DNA of 63,109 nt, counting the filler, from Octopus bimaculoides (lineage: Eukaryota): assembly GCF_001194135.2 (NCBI RefSeq). It is 7 parts of 7 records of this genome, joined end to end, with 100 filler letters (N's around TTAATTAATTAA, not from the genome) between each part and the next. Parts side by side here need not be neighbours in the genome. Positions count along the whole stretch, not along the records: positions 41,874 to 52,938 come from NC_068989.1; positions 53,039 to 56,575 come from NC_068985.1; positions 56,676 to 59,460 come from NC_069002.1; positions 59,561 to 63,109 come from NC_068999.1; 3 more parts are not named here. One strand, given 5' to 3'. The translations under genes and the position numbers were made by a program. Below the pieces are notes generated by a model. That model did no database searches. It was not told where the DNA came from and saw nothing but the letters and a program-made list of their open reading frames with translations. Below, piece after piece: positions 49,781 through 63,109 of this stretch. Position 1 is the first letter of the stretch; each line of letters opens with the position of its first letter.

Positions 49781-51584
49781 ACTTTAGCCTCTCAACATTT
49801 AGCTTAGAACCATCACCGTTACTTCCCCTCTTGAATACTAAACTCCTATTTAGTTGAGAAGTCTTTTCCTTTTCCCCATTTTTTCCCTTTTTTCTGTTCT
49901 TGTTTTGCAACATACTTGGCAACCTCACTAGTGCCAGTGGCACAAAAAACCCCCCCCACCTAGTACACCCTGTAAAATGGTTGGCATTAGAAAGGGTATC
50001 CAACTGTAGAAACCATGCCAAAGCTGACAGAGCTTGATGTAGCCCTGCAACTTGCCAAATCCTGTCAAAGTGTCCAGCCCATGCCAGCACAGAAAATGGA
50101 CATTAACATATACCTATAAATAAATTACATGTGTGTGTGTGTGTATGAGGGAGAGAGAGAACATAAAAATGTGATTTATAGAGATATTGAAAAATGTTCA
50201 TAAAAATGACTTGTCTTGATGATCGAAAGCAAATCACCAACAGATACCATTTCTGTAGTTAATGATGTTACTAAAGCAAATTAAAAATATGTAAAGGAAA
50301 ATATTCGAAGTAGTAACCAAACACACACCCATATCCATAAACTGAAAACAATAAACAGGCAGATAAACCCCTTCACTGGCCACTCTCAAAACACAGTCTT
50401 TGTCCAACTCCAAGATTCAAGTAAACAAAATTATTAAGAATATTTGAACTCCTTATATTTTTCAACAAACAGTCAACATTTCTTGATACACTCTATACTC
50501 ACATATATATAAAATGAAACCTCCATGCACAAGAATCCACAATCACTGAAAAGTTCCATGCAGAACGAAATCACTAAAGAATTATAAGTAATAAACAGCA
50601 TTTCTCACACTTCTTACTACTGCTTTCTTTTATTAATATATAAAAATCTGCAGACAACTTACACACACACACACACGTATGTATTGTGGAGGTGCATGGC
50701 TTGGTGGTTAGGATGTTGCACACATGATTGTTAGACTAAGGTTTCAATTTCTAGGCCAGGCAATGCATTGTTGTTCTTGAGCAAAACTCATTTCACCATT
50801 GCTCCAGTTCACTCAGCTGACAAAAGTGAATAATCCTGCAATGGATCAGCACCCCATATGAAGAGGACGGGTATATATATGCCTCAGAATTTGGAATGCC
50901 AGCTTTGTGAGTCGATGATTTAGGAAGGACCTTTGATTCTTTTCAACACATACAAATATTAATTCTCTGCACTGAAAAGCCACAACTCTGGAATATGTGA
51001 TTAGAATGTCAGGAAAAAATCTGCAAGATAGCTTCTTCAAGCTGAGGCAACTAGTAGGAGACTTAGGGTTAAACCAAGAACGAGATGACCAAATAATATC
51101 TATAGTCTTTGCTGTCTATGCTGGGGAATCCAGGCAGAAAGTGTAATGATGGTTGTTTCTAACAGGACACTATGGAGGTGTTTGAGGAATCTACCCCCTT
51201 AACACTTTCAGCAATAGTGGGCAGAGAAAACAGATGAATGTGTACACACACACACACACACACACACGTGTGTTGAGTGTGAATTAATGAATAAGCAAAG
51301 AAATTTAAATCTGAGGAAGGTAAGGATGTTAGTTGTATATTGGAAGATGTTACTGTGTTGTCATATATTATTTAAATGTTCAAAACATCATTAAATTAAA
51401 AAATTCGTTTTCCTTCTTGCTAATATTTTCATTAAATTTTTATTTAAATTAAGTCTGAATTACAGAGTAAATATGCAGTCACACACAAACACACATATAT
51501 ATACATACACATATGTATATATATGTATATATATGTATATATACATATGTATATATGCATACACACACACATATATATATGCAT

Positions 51585-51615
<31 letters not shown>

Positions 51616-52144
51616 CATAAACATATATATACATACATTCACACACATACACACATACATAAAACATACAAGCACACACACAAACTCACATGTATACACA
51701 TACAAAATGCTAGAATTAATAATGTCCCAGTGCTACAAGAAGTTAAATATAAGAATGTAAGAAAATAATAACCTTAAATGTGTTCAAAATCATGTTTAGC
51801 ATCGCAAATATCCAAATTTCATGTTGTATAATGATTGTTATGAACAACGACCTTTGCAAATCATTCACTTAGTGAACAGAAAGCAAAATTCTGTATTTAA
51901 AGGATTAAATCATACAAGATTAAGATAAAGCTTAAATGCATATATATAGTAATTATCACAAAAAGAAAAACCCCAAAATAAATCTGTCAATGATAACATC
52001 AACACCTATATTAACAAGGGAGGCAATCAACTCCATTTTTTTTCCAATACATCAGAAATTTGAAGGCTACCAGATTTATGAAAACAGTTATATCTCTCTC
52101 TCTTTCTATATATATAGCATATATATATATCATATATATATATC

Positions 52145-52204
<60 letters not shown>

Positions 52205-53834
52205 AAAGGTTGGAGAGGAATGTTATGTAATAAAAAGGTTCTCATATTCGGTTATAATGTCTTACGTTTAAGCTGGTTCCCATACATTTCCCTGAAGAGA
52301 AGTTTACATTTTTAACATCGACGATTCCTATCGATCATATAAATTGTAATTCTTTGAAACATATGTTGGAAATTAAAGTATGCAGTTAAAATATGCGTTT
52401 TACTCCATTCATTAATTTTATATGTATATAATATATATATGATACATTTATATGTATATGATATATATATATATATATGTATATGATAGATATATATGTA
52501 TATGATAGATATATGTATATGATACATATATATGTATATGATATATATATATATATATGATACATATATATGGCTGTGTGGTAAGTAGCTTGCTTACAAA
52601 CCACATGGTCCCGGGTTCAGTCCCACTGCGTGGCATCTTGGGCAAGTGCCTTCAACTATAGCCTCGGGCCGACCAATGCCTTGTGAGTGGATTTGGTAGA
52701 CGGAAACTGAAAGAAGCCTGTCGTATATATGTATATATATATATGTATGTGTGTATGTGTTTGTATGTCTGTATTTGTCCCCCGAACATCGCTTGACAAC
52801 CGATGCTGGTGTGTTTACGTCCCCGTAACTTAGCGGTTCGGCAAAAGAGACCGAAAGAATAAGTACTAGGCTTCCAAAGAATAAGTCCTGGGGTCGATTT
52901 GCTCGACTAAAGGCGGTGCTCCAGCATGGCCACAGTCANNNNNNNNNNNNNNNNNNNNNNNNNNNNNNNNNNNNNNNNNNNNTTAATTAATTAANNNNNN
53001 NNNNNNNNNNNNNNNNNNNNNNNNNNNNNNNNNNNNNNTATATATATATATATTCATGTGTATGTATTTGTGTCTGTGTTTGTTTCTCCCACCATCGCTT
53101 AGGAACCGATGTTCCTGTATTTACGTTCCCATAACCTACCGGCTCGGTAAAAGACAGTGATAGAATCACTACTAGACTTACAAAGAATAAATCCTGTGGT
53201 CGATTTGTTCGACTAACGGTCGTGTTCCAGCATGACCGCAGTCACATTACTGAAACAAGTAAAATGAGGAAAAAAAGGAACCCATTTTAATCCCGAGTTA
53301 GGCTGGGTTTCATGCAAATAAACACAAGATAAATGGTGTACTGTGACTTTAATTTCTTTACGAAGTTTATTAGTGATACAATTACTAATACAGGGGATAG
53401 AAAATCGACCATCAGTCTTGATTCACTGAGGTTATCACGCGCCCGATTTATCATCTATATAATATCTATTTATTTGTTTATGTCATTCTCTATTACAATT
53501 ATCCGAAATTATAGAGAAAACTCATAAAGTGTGACAAGTTCTCAGCCCTCTGCACATATAGTTAGTAAGTTCTGATGTTTGATTGCAATGGAGGTGTTTC
53601 GATATCAAAGCAACAAATTTGCTTGCTGAGATAGTAACTATATTTATACAATCTAATTTTCTCATTCATTGAAGCTCAACTATAATTTCTCCGATGGAAC
53701 AACACCTATAATTGAGGTAAATGATATAGTATTTTTAGCCGTCCTTTGACTGTAACAGAAACCGGACATCTCTTTCTCTTTCAGTGTATTTGATGAATAT
53801 TGGTGATCAATCCTAATTGTTTGACTATGATGAA

Positions 53835-54125
53835 TGACTTGTATTTTTTTTTTATCCCATATCCATGTTGCTCTTTCTTAGGTTCTTAACTGATATCAGG
53901 GGTTTCAATTATATTCATGAATAGAAATGTGTGGTTCTGCTGTGATAATATCACACTTAAGTGTTAATGTGGTTCTGGAAGGCGAAATGACTTGTATTTT
54001 TCATTCCATATCCTTGTTGCTCCTGGGTTATTAATTGATATCAGGGGTTTGTTATATTTATGAATAAAAATATATGGTCCCGCTGTGATAACACCACACC
54101 AAGTGTTAATGTGGTTTTGGGAGAA
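53835..54125 (+). repeat. Diverged ~150-bp tandem duplication
   Basis: AATGACTTGTATTTT...TGATATCAGGGGTTT...GCTGTGATAA...AAGTGTTAATGTGGTT occurs twice. Confidence 0.78.
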
Positions 54126-54825
54126 GAAATTTGGTTAATTTCTTAAGTATTTTAATCAGATTTAATTAGAGCCATATGGTTATATTAAACTGTCTTTTGC
54201 AAATGAATCATTGCAAGCACTGACAATTAGAGTAATTTATATTCAGTCTATAACTAAATGCATGCCTGGTTATGTAGTTAAGGGGATTGCTTCGCAACTG
54301 CATGGCTTTGGGTTCAAACCCACTGAGTGACAAGTTAAGAAAAGTACTTCTATCATAGTCTCCGCTTGACAAAATTCTTCTGACAAAAATCTGATCTTTT
54401 TCTCCCGTTCCAACGATTTATCCTTACAAACCAGACAGTGTGTGTGTTTGTGTGTGTGTGTGTGTGTGTGTTTAAATGTGTATCTTCAATTTAGGTGCTT
54501 CATCAGTTGTTTTACTGGTTCAATATCAAATTTGTATCATTTGCTTACTGTTAGTTATTCCTAACGCATAGCAACAAGACACATCTGAAAGCTGTACATA
54601 CAGACGGTGGAAAATATATTAGTTACTATCGATACACATCAACGCTGCCTGGTCAAGCAAGTATATATTCGGACATGTGGCGAAGGCAATGACCAAATTA
54701 ATGAGACAATGGCAACTACAACCATAAAATCAGATAATTTTCTTAAAGATCACCACGATGCGAATTATCCAGAAATACTTTCCATGCGAATTACCCGTCA
54801 ATGTCATATAATACATGCCTCTAAC

Positions 54826-54859
<34 letters not shown>

Positions 54860-54871
54860 NNNNNNNNNNAC

Positions 54872-54914
<43 letters not shown>

Positions 54915-56675
54915 ATATATGTGCGTGTATGTATGTTTCCGTCTTCCAAATCCACTTAAAAGGAGTTCGTTAGCCCGAGGCTATAGTGGAAGACATTTGT
55001 CTAAGGTGCCACGAAGTGGGGCTGGATCTGGATTCAAGTGGCAGGCAAGCAAGCTTCTTACCACACAGCCTCAGAGTCAGATTTTTAAAAAATATTTCGT
55101 TATTAAATTTTTTATGCAAATCTTGGGGTTCTTGAACCATTCCCTTCCAAGCCTGATATAATATTTGCGACCACCGCTATCACCATTTTTTCTTAAATTT
55201 TTGATCATTTCTTCCTTATATAAATGTGGCTGTGTGGTAAGTAGCTTGCTTACCAGCCACATGGTTCCGGGTTCAGTCCCACTGCGTGGCACCTTGGGCA
55301 AGTGTCTTCTACTATAGCCTCGGGCCAACCAAAGCCTTGTGAGTGGATTTGGTAGACGGAAACTGAAAGAATCCCGTCGTATATATGTATATATATATAT
55401 ATATATATNNNNNNNNNNNNNNNNNNNNNNNNNNNNNNNNNNNNNNNNNNNNNNNNNNNNNNNNNNNNNNNNNNNNNNNNNNNNNNNNNNNNNNNNNNNN
55501 NNNNNNNNNNNNNNNNNNNNNNNNNNNNNNNNNNNNNNNNNNNNNNNNNNNNNNNNNNNNNNNNNNNNNNNNNNNNNNNNNNNNNNNNNNNNNNNNNNNN
55601 NNNNNNNNNNNNNNNNNNNNNNNNNNNNNNNNNNNNNNNNNNNNNNNNNNNNNNNNNNNNNNNNNNNNNNNNNNNNNNNNNNNNNNNNNNNNNNNNNNNN
55701 NNNNNNNNNNNNNNNNNNNNNNNNNNNNNNNNNNNNNNNNNNNNNNNNNNNNNNNNNNNNNNNNNNNNNNNNNNNNNNNNNNNNNNNNNNNNNNNNNNNN
55801 NNNNNNNNNNNNNNNNNNNNNNNNNNNNNNNNNNNNNNNNNNNNNNNNNNNNNNNNNNNNNNNNNNNNNNNNNNNNNNNNNNNNNNNNNNNNNNNNNNNN
55901 NNNNNNNNNNNNNNNNNNNNNNNNNNNNNNNNNNNNNNNNNNNNNNNNNNNNNNNNNNNNNNNNNNNNNNNNNNNNNNNNNNNNNNNNNNNNNNNNNNNN
56001 NNNNNNNNNNNNNNNNNNNNNNNNNNNNNNNNNNNNNNNNNNNNNNNNNNNNNNNNNNNNNNNNNNNNNNNNNNNNNNNNNNNNNNNNNNNNNNNNNNNN
56101 NNNNNNNNNNNNNNNNNNNNNNNNNNNNNNNNNNNNNNNNNNNNNNNNNNNNNNNNNNNNNNNNNNNNNNNNNNNNNNNNNNNNNNNNNNNNNNNNNNNN
56201 NNNNNNNNNNATATATATATATATATAAAAGGAAGAAATGATCGTACGTTAATGGAGGTTGCCTCCAATTAATGTACGATGTAAATATATATATTACATA
56301 TAAGAGACATTTTCCACTCTAGAAAACACCAGTAGCTATTTCCCATGGAGTTTTTCTTCATGGAAGACAATCTGATTCCACAATTTTTTGTGGCACAAAT
56401 AAATAGATGCCTATCAACGGGGATAATTTCTTAGTGACACTAAGATTAGTAGACTAATACAGTAATAGTTATACTGTTACTATAATATATAGTTGGACTG
56501 AAACAGGAACCATGGGCTTAGGAAGCAAAACTGCTTACCACACTGCAACCTCTACAACAATATACATATATATATNNNNNNNNNNNNNNNNNNNNNNNNN
56601 NNNNNNNNNNNNNNNNNNNTTAATTAATTAANNNNNNNNNNNNNNNNNNNNNNNNNNNNNNNNNNNNNNNNNNNN

Positions 56676-56725
<50 letters not shown>

Positions 56726-57397
56726 ATACGGACACAGCATGCTTTTCATTAAAATTGATTTCTAGCATTTCCACAAAATATTAAATTATTATAGGAGGTA
56801 AGAAGAGCCGATTATATCGATCCCAGTATATAACTGGTACCTGAGGATGTGAAAGGTTTAAAGTCAACTCTATTGGGATTTCCGACAAGTCAGAGAAAGA
56901 AAGAGGCGTGTAAATTTCACTTGAATTTTTGATAGGCGCTCTACAGAGTCAGTTGGATTATTGACCTGTGTACCTTTATGAAACCCCTGTTAGTTTGCCT
57001 TGCTCAAATGAAGATGTACGATGGAGCATTGCTTTCACATCTAAGACATTGCTGCTGTACTCGTACTCCGTCGGTTGCGACGACGACTAGAGTTCCAGTT
57101 AATCCGATCAACGGAACTGCCTGCCCGTGAAATTAGCGAGCAAGTGGCCGAGCATTCCGCAGACACTTGGCGCAGGGTGTGGCAAGGCTGACCCTTTGGA
57201 ATGCCCTACTCATTTTTGCCCAGTGAATGAACTGAAGCAACGTGAAATAATGTGTCTTGCCCAGGGACACAACGTGTCGTCGAAACTAGAACTCACATAT
57301 CTACGGTCGTGAGCCGAATAACCCTAACAATTAATTAAGCCTCGTGCTTTCATTCGGCTACTGTACACAAACAACCAAAAACCACATCTAAATGTGT

Positions 57398-57633
57398 TAT
57401 TTCTTTACTACCCACAAGGGGCTACACACACAGAGGGGACAAACAAGGACAGACAAACGGATTAAATCGATTATATCGACCCCAGTGCGTAACTGGTACT
57501 TATTTAATCGACCCCGAAAGGATGAAAGGCAAAGTCGACCTCGGCGGAATTTGAACTCAGAACGTAGCGGGCAGACGAAATACCGCTAAGCATTTCGCCC
57601 GGTGTGCTAACGGTTCTGCCAGCTCGCCGCCAT
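57398..57633 (-). mobile_element. tRNA-derived SINE family C, full length with tail type 1 and a 16-bp TSD
   Basis: CCACATCTAAATGTGT at 57382-57397 and 57634-57649. Head GGCGGCGAGCTGGCAGAA...GAGTTCAAATTCC; tail ...GTAGTAAAGAAATAA. Confidence 0.93.
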
Positions 57634-57679
57634 CCACATCTAAATGTGTGCTGGGCTACTCAGCTGATTATTCTTAAGT

Positions 57680-58075
57680 CATTGATAGACAATGCTCCAA
57701 TCTCTGGCTCACAAAACCGCTGTCTCCTCTCTGCTTACTTTCAATCCGCTACTATAACGGTCTCTGCTCCTCGAATCTATCTCATCACGGACCAATTCCA
57801 TTCTAGCATGTTCCACTCACTCTTCTCTCCGCTTTTCCTTACCCATATGTCGTTCCCAATATTAACTTCCAGTCCCCGCTCCAACCACGTTTACCATAAA
57901 CCGTCCCTTCTTCCCCATAATTGTGTTCCCTTTGGAATCTCTTTCCTTGCTCTTGTCTTTCCTGCTGGTGTCCACTGGTTATAGCTTAAACTAAGCATTA
58001 ACTGCATAAATCCTATTGCTCTCGGAGGGCCTGCAAACGTCATGGACACTGTCCCCTTCTCCGGACCCCGCAAGA
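57680..58075 (-). mobile_element. Possible highly decayed ORF1-like remnant
   Basis: 'RGPEKGTVSMTF' resembles copy-1 'EEGSFGTVEVHF', and 'AETVIVAD' resembles the 17040 fragment. Many stops. Confidence 0.3.
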
Positions 58076-58652
58076 AAGTAAAGAAAATAATAACGACACA
58101 AGGCTTGAAATTTTCGGACAGTGGGGTAGTCGATTACATCGACCCAGTACTCAATTGGTACTTATTTTATCGATCCTGAACGGATGAGAGGCAAAGTGGA
58201 CTTTGACGAAATTTGAACCCAGAACGTTAAGGCGGACAAAATGCCGCTAAGGATTTTAGTCCGGCGTGCTAGTGGCGTTTCGTCCGTCCTTACGTTCTGA
58301 GTTCAAATTCTGTTACGGTCAGCTTTGTCTTTCAATCCTTTAAATTAAAGGTACGAGGCCTGAGAATTTATTGCAGGGTTGGGTGGCCCAGTCGATTCCA
58401 TCAAGCCCAAAGTACTGCAATTGGTACTTTATTTTATCGACCCCGAAAGGATGAATGCTAAAGTTGAACAACAGCAACAACAACACACTTCACGTATGGC
58501 TGTGTTAGGCGCAGACTAAGCAGTTCGCTTCACAACCACATAATTTTGGTGTGATACTTTGGGCGAGTGATTTGTACTATAGCCCCGAGCCAACCAATAC
58601 CCTGTGAATGAATGTAGTAAACAGAAGCCCGTCGTATATATATATATGGTGT

Positions 58653-59035
58653 GGAGGCGCAATGGCCCGGTGTTATGGCAGCGGACTCGCAGTCATAGGA
58701 TCGCGGTTTCGATTCCCAGATCGGGCGTTGTGAGTGTTTATTGAGCGAAAACACCTAAAGCTCCACGAGGCTCCGGCAGGGGATGGTGGCGAACCCTGCT
58801 GCACTCTTTCACCACAACTTTCTCTCACTTTTTCTTCCTGTTTTTGTTGTACCTGTAATTCAAAGGGCCAGCCTTGTCATACACTGTGTCACGCTGAATA
58901 TCCCCGAGAACTACGTTAAAGGTACACGTGTCTGTGGAGTGCTCAGCCACTTGCACGTTAATTTCACGAGCAGGCTGTTCCGTTGATCGGATCAACTTGA
59001 ACCCTCGACGTCGTAAGCGACGGAGTGTCAACAAC
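58653..59035 (+). mobile_element. SINE family A, full length
   Basis: Identity to 23912-24298. Confidence 0.9.
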
Positions 59036-59099
59036 GTATGGAACACCACCAAATATATTACCAACATCAAAATGAACAACAGCAGATATAAGTTTTAAT

Positions 59100-59460
59100 C
59101 TTTTCTACTCTCGGCACAAGGCCCGAAATTTTGGGAGAGGGGGCCAGTCGATTAGCTCGACCCCAGTACGCAACTGGCACCTAATTTCTCGACCCCGAAG
59201 ACTGAAAGGCAAAGTCGACCTCGGCGGAATTTGAGCTCAGAACATAAAGACAGACGAAATACCGCTAAGCATTTCGCCCGGCCTGCTAATGTTTCTTATT
59301 TCTTTACTGCCCAGAAGGGGCTACACACAGAGGGGACAAACAAGGACAGACAAATGGATTAAGTCGATTATATCGACCCCAGTGCGCAACTGGTACTTAT
59401 TTTATCGACCCCGAAAGGATGAAAGACAAAGTCGACCTCGGCGGAATTCGAACTCAGAAC
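59100..59460 (-). mobile_element. SINE family C dimer (other C copies: 8395-8604, 9570-9780, 13640-13830, 13912-14095, 14555-14680, 15770-15910, 47737-47945, 58095-58455, 62380-62540, 63050-63109)
   Basis: Same junction as 18724-19140 on the minus strand. Confidence 0.88.
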
Positions 59461-61689
59461 NNNNNNNNNNNNNNNNNNNNNNNNNNNNNNNNNNNNNNNN
59501 NNNNTTAATTAATTAANNNNNNNNNNNNNNNNNNNNNNNNNNNNNNNNNNNNNNNNNNNNGGTTCTGGGTTCAGTCCCACTGCGTAGCACCTTGGGCAAG
59601 TGTCTTCTACTATAGCCTCGGGCCGACCAAAGCCTTGTGAGTGGATCTGGTAGACGGAAACTGAAAGAAGCCCGTCGTATATATGTATATATATGTATGT
59701 ATGTGTGTATATATGTTTGTGTGTCTGTGTTTGTCACCCCACCATCGCTTGACAACCGATGCTGGTGTGTTTACGTCCCCGTAACTTAGTAGTTCGGCAA
59801 AAGAGACCGATAGAATAAGTATTAGGCTTCCAAAGAATAAGTCCTGGGGTCGACTTGCTCGACTAAAAAGGTGTTGCTCCAGCATGGCCGCAGTCGAATG
59901 ATTGAAACAAGTAAAAGAGTATATTAAGATATATTAAATACGTTATAATATAGGTGGCCTGTTAGCAATTAAAACCAAAAAGATAAAATTAATAAATGAG
60001 GGTGCAAAATTGTACCGACAATTACTAGAAATGGGAGTCAAAATTTAACTCAAATAGCCACATAAAGCACTAACCTCAATGAAATATACGGGAATTGCGA
60101 GCGAGCAAGCAAAAACATCTTTCTTTTATATATATATANNNNNNNNNNNNNNNNNNNNNNNNNNNNNTCTCTCTCTCTCTCTCTCTGTGTAAATCAACAA
60201 GAGCTGTTTCGAAAGCAAAAATCAATCTTTGCAAACATTTGAGTTCTATACTGAGAGGATGGTTGACAGATTATCTTTGTTAGTTTATTGTATTTGCTTA
60301 ATATATTCCTAGCCATCTGCTCCCACCGAGTGTATACAATCAATAACAACTATTTGCTTGAAGGGTATTTATGTAGACGTCTCTTGTAATTTCGATCATG
60401 GAAAGCTTGATTACTAACTTCAAGTAGACGAGAATGCGTAGATGACTATAGATACAAGCAACCCTACCATTTTTACATTGTATCTGCTATTCTCCAACCT
60501 CCTCAAATATCTAGACGATATTTTGTTTTGTGTCGTCAAGGACAACTTTCCATTTTCTATACTAAATATCGTCATTATTCACATTTCCTCTTTACTTTCG
60601 CACCCTACCTACCTTCATGCTGTTGAAGCAGAAAACGAGTATTTCGCTGTTCCATAACTATTTTGCAGAAACAGAAACTAAACACTTCGTCTAATATATT
60701 TTCCTCCTTATCCCAAGTCAGTAATACCCATCGGGCTGCAAATCAACAATATGAATTCGTAAGTCATTGATCTCACTGGAAACGCCAGAAAAGTCAATGA
60801 ATACAGCCCATCTATACTGATTATTTAATAAGAAAGTAGATGTAGATTACAAAATGAAAGAGATATCTGTGAGTTTATAACATTACAGAAAGTTGCACAT
60901 AACTTCTGTTAAGCTATGTCAAGTTTTTATACAGTACAGGATGTATTATGTATTTTGGAAGCTTCTCAATTATCTACATCAAGCGTTCCCAAACATTTTT
61001 TTTTTATCTATGGAGCTCTTTGATTGCTATTTCATCCTGGTAGACCTTCATAATCATTCGATGTTTAAAAACAAGTTTTATAGAAATCTCTTTCAAAATT
61101 CCTATTTTGTATTCCACACATTCACTTATGTAGGTTGAACTATGTAAAATGTTAGAGAAAGAAACCTAACTGTTTCTTACAATACATACCAAACCCAAAT
61201 CTTTTTCAGGAGCCCTTAAGATACTATTGCTGACTCCCAATTTATCACTTTGTGGCATGAACCCCCCCCCCCCCCNNNNNNNNNNNNNNNNNNNNNNNNN
61301 NNNNNNNNNNACTCCATCTTAGATGGACCCTCAGAGGTCATATAGACCTCAGTTGAGAACCATTGATCAATATTATCTGATTGTTGAAGTCTAAGAAATT
61401 CTATATATTGGTGATGTAATTACATCTTTTTTTGTTGTTGTTGTTTATGCATATAGGAATGTTGTGATGATGATGAAAAATTGTATGAATGAGATATATG
61501 AATGCTCTGGTATGTGGTCACTGTAGCTAGGTTTGTGGTGCAGGTAATGATGTCCGAAGAGAGGAATTATTGTAGTTAGTTTAGTAGGGTGTGTACTAAA
61601 TATGTTAATGTGGGTTGTTTAGAATGTAAAGTTGGTTTTAAAATGTGTATCTTTTTTATGTTATCAGTATTATTTTTCTTCTAAGATAT

Positions 61690-61930
61690 GTGCATTGAAG
61701 TATCTCGCAATGGTTGTATTTTGTCATGTGGTAGGGATTGTAACTGAATATGTAGTTTGGTGGGGCAATTAATAATGTCAATGGTGGTTTGTATATGATA
61801 ATTATTGATGACTTGCAAATTTGTATTTGAATGCGTGTATTATATTGTCGTATGATACCAGTGTTCGAGTGTCGTTTATGTTCTCTGTACATGGGATACA
61901 TGTCACCATGTAATTTTAAAAAAACCTGCA
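61690..61930 (-). mobile_element. Possible Penelope-like GIY-YIG remnant
   Basis: 'YREHKRHSNTGIIRQYNTRIQIQICK'; weak match. Confidence 0.3.
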
Positions 61931-62861
61931 TATTAATTATAAACGTATAGATATTAATTATAAACGTATAGAAAATTCTTTAAAATTCTGGTTTTAATAT
62001 ATTTTTACCAAAATTTGGATTTTAAAATTATTTTACTTTTGAAGATTTCAACTACAAAAAAAAAAAAACTAATTTTGATTCACTGTGAGATAGCGTTTTC
62101 TCTATACCTTCTCTTTCTATTACACTTCACGACGTTACTTTTAACCGACATAGCAGTAAAAGCATTTCTTCAGATTATGCGTTTAATTATACGCCAGCGA
62201 AATTAGGTTGCTTCCAGTATCCTTTCATATTTGGTTGTTGTTTTTTTTAAAGTGGTTTCAGTTTACTAACGTCAACTGTACCAAATATAAATTCCTCTCA
62301 TTTTCTCTCCGTATTTCATTATTGTGTGCAATGTTAAAAAAATAATACCTAAGGCTGATCTATATTGTTTTCTAATTTTGGTACAAGACCAGCAATATGG
62401 GGGGAGGGTGTAAGTTGATTACATTGGCTCCAGTGCTTAACTGGTACTTGTTTTATCAACCTCCAAAAGGTTGAAAGGTGAATTCGACATCGGCGGAATT
62501 TGAACTCAGAACGTAAAGATGGGCAAAGTGCCGCTCACCACCTTAGACTGATCTGTATTACCATTATGTTTAAATTTGTTGCGTTCGCAACAACAGCTAT
62601 GTAAATTATGTTTACATTGATTTAGTTGTTATTGCAACCTTTGAACTGTGATAGGTAAGGTCATTATTGAAGCTACGTACTATAAAAGGACAATGTGTCA
62701 AACTTATGGCTTACCGTGTTGCATTTTATTGTGATACAAAATACGCTGAAGCGAATTGTTAGGGTTTTGTATTGTCATTGTGTGTGTGAGTTTTATGTTG
62801 AAGTGATTCATTATTTCCGAATCTTTTTCATGTTGTGTGTGTGTGTGTATGTGTGTGTGTG

Positions 62862-62924
<63 letters not shown>

Positions 62925-62930
62925 AGAGAG

Positions 62931-62965
<35 letters not shown>

Positions 62966-63109
62966 AAAATAGTGTATGTGTGCGCGCGCGCCTTGTGAAA
63001 CTGGAAGCAAATGAGTTATCAGTACTTGTCTCATTATTAGTTTTAGTATAAAGGCAGTGAGCTGGTAGAATCGTTAGTACGCCGGGCAAAATGCTTCGTG
63101 GTATAACGT

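Noticed and set aside
53675-53716. 42-bp mini-exon candidate LNYNFSDGTTPIIE (gaag|...|gtaaat)
   Set aside because: It is phase 0-0 and does not link to the phase-1 exon at 40646; splice-like sites alone are insufficient.
30724-56272. ORFs of 185-388 aa dominated by X
   Set aside because: They read through N gaps and are not evidence of coding sequence.
8649-59516. TTAATTAATTAA as a conserved biological motif
   Set aside because: It always lies inside N runs and stops all six frames, so it is an assembly linker.

Overview
This is an AT-rich, microsatellite- and SINE-saturated eukaryotic draft-assembly window with many N gaps. The repeat families look like those of an octopus; this is inferred from recall of such repeats, not from a search. 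There is no prokaryotic content and no CRISPR array. The only well-supported host gene is two spliced + strand exons (18486-18657, 21930-22131) encoding the C-terminal ~125 aa of an unrecognised 4-Cys protein with a GPI-anchor-like tail. A candidate promoter and first exon of a possible second gene lies at ~40.45-40.65 kb. The rest is mostly decayed mobile DNA: three main tRNA-derived SINE families (here A, B, C), RTE/CR1/HERO-type LINE pieces, Penelope pieces, Tc1/mariner pieces and a Gypsy gag-protease remnant. The most interesting structure is at 35.9-38.5 kb: two diverged ORF1(gag)-only non-LTR elements stacked head-to-tail at the same 18-bp motif, whose 3' tail is shared with SINE family C. 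An unidentified 228-codon decayed ORF lies at 12.2-12.8 kb. Most entries in the supplied ORF track are translations of microsatellites or N runs. Boundaries of repeat fragments are approximate.
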